A stretch of DNA of 64,000 bases from Pseudomonadota bacterium. Lineage in GTDB: Bacteria; Pseudomonadota; Gammaproteobacteria; RBG-16-57-12. Every line of letters starts with the position of its first letter. Within the stretch, counting starts at the first letter, position 1. Positions 58,634-64,000 of this stretch are shown here, in pieces. The translations under genes were made by a program, and so were the position numbers. The notes below the pieces were generated by a model that was not told where the DNA came from, searched no databases, and worked only from the letters and a program-made list of their open reading frames with translations. Location of the stretch: NCBI GenBank assembly GCA_040752855.1, contig JBFMHP010000001.1, forward strand, positions 45,037-109,036, given 5' to 3'.

Positions 58634-61600
58634 TTACGACGCCGTCTCGGCAACACACGCCTCCAACCCCTTGCGTAACACCGCAGCGATCTGGGGCGCG
58701 GGCAGGGGCTGGCTAACATAGAAGCCCTGCACTTCGTCACAGCGCTGCGATTGCAGGAATTGCAGCTGTTCCGGTGTCTCCACGCCTTCGGCGATGACAC
58801 GACGGCCGATGCCGTGCGCCATGGCGATCACGGCGCTGGCAATGGCGGCATCGTCACGATCGGCCGGAATGCCGCGCACGAAGGACTGGTCAATTTTGAG
58901 TTGATCAATGGGAAAACGCTTGAGATAGCTCAGCGACGAATAGCCGGTGCCGAAGTCGTCGATAGCCAGTTCGATACCGAGCGCCTTTAACTTGGTCATG
59001 GTCGAGATCGCGCCTTCGACATCGCGCATGATCATGCCTTCGGTAAGTTCGAGGCAAAGCATGTCACCGGCGACTCCCGACCGGCGCAACGCATCCGATA
59101 CTCCGCCGACGATATCCCCGGTGATGAACTGACGCGGCGAAAGATTGATGGCGATACGCACATCGCTCGCCGCGTCCAGCCCCCACTGCTTGATATCCTG
59201 ACAGGCCGCCTGCAGCGTCCACTCGCCGATCTGAGCAATCAAGCCGGTTTCTTCGGCAAGCGTGATGAACTGCTGCGGCGGCACCACGCCCAGTTTGGGA
59301 TGACGCCAGCGCAACAACGCCTCCAGCCCGATCACGCGGCTGTCGCGCAAACGCACCTGGGGCTGATAATGTAACTCGAACTCATCGCGTTCCAGCGCGT
59401 GGCGCAGATTGCGCTCCAGCGCCAAGCGCTGCAACGTGCGCACGTTCATTTCCTGCGCATAGAATTTGAAATTGTTGCCGCCCTCCTCTTTGGCGCGATA
59501 CATAGCGCGGTCGGCGTTCTTCAATAGCGTCTCGCCGTTGCTGCCGTCGCGGGGATAAAGACTGATGCCGATGCTGCCGCCGAGCCAGAACTCGTGTTTG
59601 TCGATGACAAACGGCTCCGCCAGCGCCCGCAGTACTCTTTGCGCCACGGCGATGGCGCGCTCTTCCTTGCGCAGATCCTCGAGCACGATAACAAACTCGT
59701 CACCGCCCAAACGCACGATGGTGTCGCTCTGACGCTCGATCGCGGTGAGACGCTCGCCGACCGCCTTGAGCAGGGCGTCACCGGTGCTGTGCCCCAACGC
59801 GTCATTGACGTGCTTGAAACGATCAAGATCGATGAACAGCACCGCCACCAGCGCGCCGGTGCGGTTGGCCTCGGTGATGGCCTGCTTGAGGCGGTCCTGC
59901 AGCAAGACGCGGTTGGGCAACCCGGTCAGCGCGTCGTGACTCGCCTGATATTCCATGGCGCGCGCCAGGCGCCGCACGTTGGAGATGTCGCTGACCACCA
60001 GCACTACCCCTAGCAGCTTGTCGTCCTGCGTGCGAATCGGCGCAACGGAGGCGCGGATGGCGCATTTGTCGCCGTCGCGGCGCACTAGCAAGCTGTCCAC
60101 GCTAAAACACGCCGGGCGTCCCGTAGCCATGCACTCTTGAATGGGAAACTGCAAAGGCGCGCCGGTGGCCTCGTCGATGACCGTAACCACCTCTTCGAGC
60201 GGGCGGTCTTGCGCCTCCTCCTGTGAATAACCGGTGAGCGTCTGCGCCGCGGGGTTGAGATACTCGATAACGCCCGCCGGGTTCGTTGCGATGACCGCCT
60301 CATCCACGGAGCGCAATGTTATCAATGCGCGCTCTTTTTCTTCTTGGACGCTCTGTTCCGCCGCGCGATGAGCGGCTTCACGCACCAAGGTCACGTCGGC
60401 GAGACTGATCACCAGCCCCGCCTCGGTGTCGGCACCGCTGTAGGGGGCGACTTGCACCCACAAGTCACGGTCGTTGGCGCACAGTGAAAACTGATGCGTC
60501 TCTTGGCGCAACAACGCCGCCTGGACCGCCTGCTCCCAACGCTCACCCGGTGGCGCCGCTAAACCGTCGAATACCCGGCTGAGGGGCTCGCCTTGCATCG
60601 TACAATCGGCAGCGAGGCCCAGATACAGCCGGGCGCGCGCATTGGCAAACTGTATCTGCCCCAGCGCATCGGCGATCACCACCCCGCCTGCCATGTGAGC
60701 CAGGCTTTCGCTGATAAAACCTTGCATGGCGCGCAAGCGCGCCGCCTCGTCCTCCACTTGTTTGATGCGATCTTGGACCAGCGCCACCGTGGTCACCGGC
60801 GCCGCGGCCGGCACGGGCGCATTGGCGCAGCGGCGTAAGAATTCAGTGAGCAGGCGCTGCTGTGCTGCGTCGGGAGGAACCGCGCCATCCCAGCTCAAAC
60901 CCAGTTGCCACACCGCACCGCCCAAACGCAGCGCGGTCCAGGCGGTGCCACGTTCCACCAACCAGTTCTCGGCATTCGGGACATGCGCTGGCTTGACGGG
61001 GTCGCGGCCCCAGCGAACGATTGGCGTGCCGGCAGCGTTCAGTACCGTGCACCCGCTCAACGGTAGGATACGCGCCAGAAATGCCGGCCCTTCATCTCTT
61101 GGTGATGATGTACTAGCCAGCACGCCCGGGTTGGCACGCAGGCGCTGCAACTCGCGGCGCAGATAGCCCTGCGCGTGCTCCATCTGGCGCCAACTCCACA
61201 GCGGATAACTCAGCGCCAGCGTCATCAGCGCCGCGGCCGGCGCGAACCACAGCAGACCGAAGCGAAACAGCAACGCGCTTACGCCCGCAGTCAGCAACAT
61301 GAGCGCGCATGCCACCATCGGCGACCAGCGGGGCACAGTCCGCGGAAAAATCAGCACCGGCAATAGCACCAACATAAGCGTCACCACGGCGGTCCACGTT
61401 TTTGTCAAAGGCGTCACCAGCGCGCCGCGTTGCAGACGATCAAGCAGATTGGCGTTGAACTCAACGCCCGCCATGGTTTGTGGATGCGCGCCACCCGGCG
61501 TGTGCAAGACATCGGATAGCCCGCTTACCGTCGTGCCCACCAACACATAACGCCCGTGCAGACGCCCTAGCGGCACATCGCGCTGCAGCACGTCGAGATA

Positions 61601-62350
61601 GGAAACGCGTGGAAAATGCCCGGGCGGGCCAGCGAAAGGTATCCAGATCCGATGATCGCGGACCCAGGCGTAAGGTGAGGCATCGCTCAAGTTGGGATGG
61701 CGCTCGCCCGCAGGCAGTGACCGCACCGGCCCGGCGGTTTGCAGAATCGCCGCGGCAAATGCGGGCCAATGCGGCGTGCCCAGCCCGGCCTTGAGGTAAA
61801 CGCCACGCACGACGCCGTCGGCGTCGGGCTCCACATCGACGTGACCCAAGCCGGCCGCGCTTTCCGCCAGCGGAGGAAACGGCAAGGTTTCCACCAGTTG
61901 CCCGTTGGCCGACAAGCGCTCCTGGACCACCGGCAACACCACGCGACCGCTATCGCGCACCGCGCGCGCCAACAGCGCATCGCCCTCCGGGTCCTGCACG
62001 TCTGGCTCGGCAAACAGGATATCCAGCGCGATCACCTTGGCACCGGCCTCGGTGAGACGTTCGATCAACTCCGCGTGTACGCGTCGGGACCAAGGCCAAC
62101 GCCCCAAGGACTCCAGGCTCTCCTCATCGATCGCCACAATGACCACCTCGTCGCCCGAGGGCGGCGACCACAGCGAGACATTCCAATCGTAGAGCCAGCG
62201 ATCCCAGCGCCACAGCACATCGGAAAAAATCAGTAACAGCGCAATGCCCGCCAACACCGCAGCAAACAGCGCTCGTTCGGACAACGTCAATCGCGCAAGC
62301 TTCACAGCGCCACCACCAAACCGATCACAATCAGCAACACCGTCGGCCAA
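58634..62350 (-). CDS. CHASE2 sensor - PAS - GGDEF - EAL c-di-GMP turnover protein
   Basis: N-terminal CHASE2 (IVAIDEESL..RWPWSRRVHAELIERL). GGDEF motif (RLGGDEF). EAL motif (EALLRW). The start is possibly the GTG at 62305. Confidence 0.85.
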   Translation of the reverse strand: MADGVADCDRFGGGAVKLARLTLSERALFAAVLAGIALLLIFSDVLWRWDRWLYDWNVSLWSPPSGDEVVIVAIDEESLESLGRWPWSRRVHAELIERLTEAGAKVIALDILFAEPDVQDPEGDALLARAVRDSGRVVLPVVQERLSANGQLVETLPFPPLAESAAGLGHVDVEPDADGVVRGVYLKAGLGTPHWPAFAAAILQTAGPVRSLPAGERHPNLSDASPYAWVRDHRIWIPFAGPPGHFPRVSYLDVLQRDVPLGRLHGRYVLVGTTVSGLSDVLHTPGGAHPQTMAGVEFNANLLDRLQRGALVTPLTKTWTAVVTLMLVLLPVLIFPRTVPRWSPMVACALMLLTAGVSALLFRFGLLWFAPAAALMTLALSYPLWSWRQMEHAQGYLRRELQRLRANPGVLASTSSPRDEGPAFLARILPLSGCTVLNAAGTPIVRWGRDPVKPAHVPNAENWLVERGTAWTALRLGGAVWQLGLSWDGAVPPDAAQQRLLTEFLRRCANAPVPAAAPVTTVALVQDRIKQVEDEAARLRAMQGFISESLAHMAGGVVIADALGQIQFANARARLYLGLAADCTMQGEPLSRVFDGLAAPPGERWEQAVQAALLRQETHQFSLCANDRDLWVQVAPYSGADTEAGLVISLADVTLVREAAHRAAEQSVQEEKERALITLRSVDEAVIATNPAGVIEYLNPAAQTLTGYSQEEAQDRPLEEVVTVIDEATGAPLQFPIQECMATGRPACFSVDSLLVRRDGDKCAIRASVAPIRTQDDKLLGVVLVVSDISNVRRLARAMEYQASHDALTGLPNRVLLQDRLKQAITEANRTGALVAVLFIDLDRFKHVNDALGHSTGDALLKAVGERLTAIERQSDTIVRLGGDEFVIVLEDLRKEERAIAVAQRVLRALAEPFVIDKHEFWLGGSIGISLYPRDGSNGETLLKNADRAMYRAKEEGGNNFKFYAQEMNVRTLQRLALERNLRHALERDEFELHYQPQVRLRDSRVIGLEALLRWRHPKLGVVPPQQFITLAEETGLIAQIGEWTLQAACQDIKQWGLDAASDVRIAINLSPRQFITGDIVGGVSDALRRSGVAGDMLCLELTEGMIMRDVEGAISTMTKLKALGIELAIDDFGTGYSSLSYLKRFPIDQLKIDQSFVRGIPADRDDAAIASAVIAMAHGIGRRVIAEGVETPEQLQFLQSQRCDEVQGFYVSQPLPAPQIAAVLRKGLEACVAETAS

Positions 62351-63408
62351 TTTGCCAAGGATTTCTTGACCTTGAAGTCGTGCTCCGCATCATGCCCTTC
62401 CAACCCATCGGCGGCGATGCCGCGCACCTTCAGGCGATACTTGCCGCTCGGTAGTTCCGGGCTCGTCAACTCAGGCGCCGCCAGCACCTGATCATAGACG
62501 ACGATCGCGGGCTGCGCGGCGGGACTGATTTGCATGCGATAGGCGCTCGCCTGCGCCAGACGAGGAATCGTGAACTTGAACGGCGTCTCTTTGATGCGAT
62601 CGGGCAACGCCGACACATCCGGCGCGGGCAGCAGCGGGCGCGGCGGCTGCGGCGCCGCACCGACCGCGGTCATGTTTCCCACCCCGGCGCGCAATAGTGC
62701 CTGCGCGCCGTCGGCCGTCAGCCCGACTTTGCCCTCGACGACCTCGGCACGCGTCACCTTGGTCTGCTGGTCGACCGCGATACGGAATTGCGTTCCGCGC
62801 ACCGCCGACACCGCGGCCGGCGTCCAGATTTCGAACCGGCCCGCCGGTTCCCTGATCGGTTTGACGTCGCTCTCCGCACGCCCGCGCAGCAGGCGCGCGC
62901 GGGTATCCACCATGCCTGTCTTGCCGTAGGCGCGTAAGGTATCGAACTCCAGGCGGCTGTTGGCGCGCAACACCATGTGCGAACCGTCGGCGAACAACAG
63001 GGTAACCGTGGCGTTCGGCCCGGTCTGCACCGCGTCGCCTGCCCGCAGCTCCATGCCTTGAGTCAGCGACGCAAGGCGCGCCTCATTGTCGAGTTGCGCC
63101 TCGCCCTCCACATGCAACACGCGCACCGGCGCGGGCTGCACCCTGAGCCAGTGCACCGGGACACGCAGCCGCGTGCCGGGCTGCAGGCGCTTGGGATCCT
63201 CGACGCCGTTGAGTGACTGCAGTGCCTCGACCAGATCGAAATCCTGCAAATACTCGCCGCTTACGTCCCACAGGGTGTCACCGGGACGCACGGTGTAAAT
63301 CCAATCGCTCGCAGACGCAGGCTTATCGAAGATAAACGGCGCGAGCACACACGTCAGCGCAACGGTCAGCCACGCGCGGATGATATCTATTCTCTGTTGA
63401 AAACCCAT
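62302..63408 (-). CDS. FecR-domain protein with N-terminal LysM domain (CHASE2 partner)
   Basis: LysM (YTVRPGDTLWDVSGEYL). FecR-like beta region. C-terminal TM anchor. The ORF extends to 63480 but the likely start is MGFQQRIDII. Confidence 0.7.
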   Translation of the reverse strand: MGFQQRIDIIRAWLTVALTCVLAPFIFDKPASASDWIYTVRPGDTLWDVSGEYLQDFDLVEALQSLNGVEDPKRLQPGTRLRVPVHWLRVQPAPVRVLHVEGEAQLDNEARLASLTQGMELRAGDAVQTGPNATVTLLFADGSHMVLRANSRLEFDTLRAYGKTGMVDTRARLLRGRAESDVKPIREPAGRFEIWTPAAVSAVRGTQFRIAVDQQTKVTRAEVVEGKVGLTADGAQALLRAGVGNMTAVGAAPQPPRPLLPAPDVSALPDRIKETPFKFTIPRLAQASAYRMQISPAAQPAIVVYDQVLAAPELTSPELPSGKYRLKVRGIAADGLEGHDAEHDFKVKKSLANWPTVLLIVIGLVVAL

Positions 63409-64000
63409 CGTCCGTGGTTCCTGATTGTAAGGCTCTTCCGCTAACAACGGCGCACCAGCGCGCCCCTCCCCGGCGGCCAACTATCGCCGCTTTGTTGAAG
63501 ACCCGGGCCCTGGAAAATTGATGACATCGCGCGACCAAAATTCCACGGCGCCGAGCAGTGATTATTCTTGAACACAGAGACGGCCGAGTATGCCGTCGAT
63601 GCTACTGGCGAAAATTAAATTTGACGTGAATCGGTTCGCAAAAACGGATCTTGTCGCGCTATCCGCGGCGAGATTGGGCGCATGACGGCTGAGACGGCCG
63701 TTGAGCTGCGCGACCGACTGGTATTCGTGTTCCTCCGTCCATTCGACACTTGAGCCAGCTTTCGTGCGGAGGGCATATGACCTTTAGTCTCTGTACCGTA
63801 CGTCATTGCGCCCAGCATGGCACAATGCTGGGCGCATACTCTTTCAAGTTATTGACCCGTACTAAGGTCATCTCCTAGGAGTCTGCCATATCGATGGGTT
63901 CGCAGCGAACTAAGGCGGGTAAAGTCGGATTAGGTGAGATCGTCCGCTACCCTTGAGGGTTGCGCACTTTCATTGTTTACATGCAAGCGCATGTACAACA

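Overview
High-GC (~65%) proteobacterial chromosome segment with several lower-GC, apparently horizontally acquired patches (~3.0-6.4 kb, ~25.4-34.5 kb, ~55.3-57.7 kb). Core housekeeping genes: pncB 3' end, Sel1-repeat protein, yegQ/trhP (U32 peptidase), xthA, the large helicase lhr, a TauE/SafE exporter, a yjfL/yjfC-like cluster (DUF350 + glutathionylspermidine-synthase-like), hipBA, a sigma-54 enhancer-binding protein with GAF/PAS domains, a CHASE2-PAS-GGDEF-EAL protein with a FecR/LysM partner, glucan-catabolism genes (GDE-like + GH63-like), and a DoxX-DoxX-NDH-2 fusion. Four things stand out. (1) A bufferin-type RiPP operon (DUF2282 precursor, MNIO/DUF692, DUF2063, DoxX) at 41.06-43.48 kb. 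(2) A segmental duplication: a ~250-bp leader with a near-consensus sigma-54 -24/-12 promoter and an upstream perfect palindrome sits in front of both the bufferin operon and a 737-aa di-haem cytochrome-c-peroxidase/MauG-family gene with a secreted partner. The second copy also carries the decayed 3' remnant of a small gene and an inserted DUF4143 ATPase gene. (3) A low-GC operon of unknown function encoding an APH/ChoK-like kinase-fold protein, a large protein with a FabD-like GxSxG acyltransferase domain split by one in-frame TGA, a secreted protein and an SDR. (4) A REP/MITE-like inverted-repeat family bracketing the first low-GC island. No rRNA, tRNA, CRISPR array, transposase or integrase was found.
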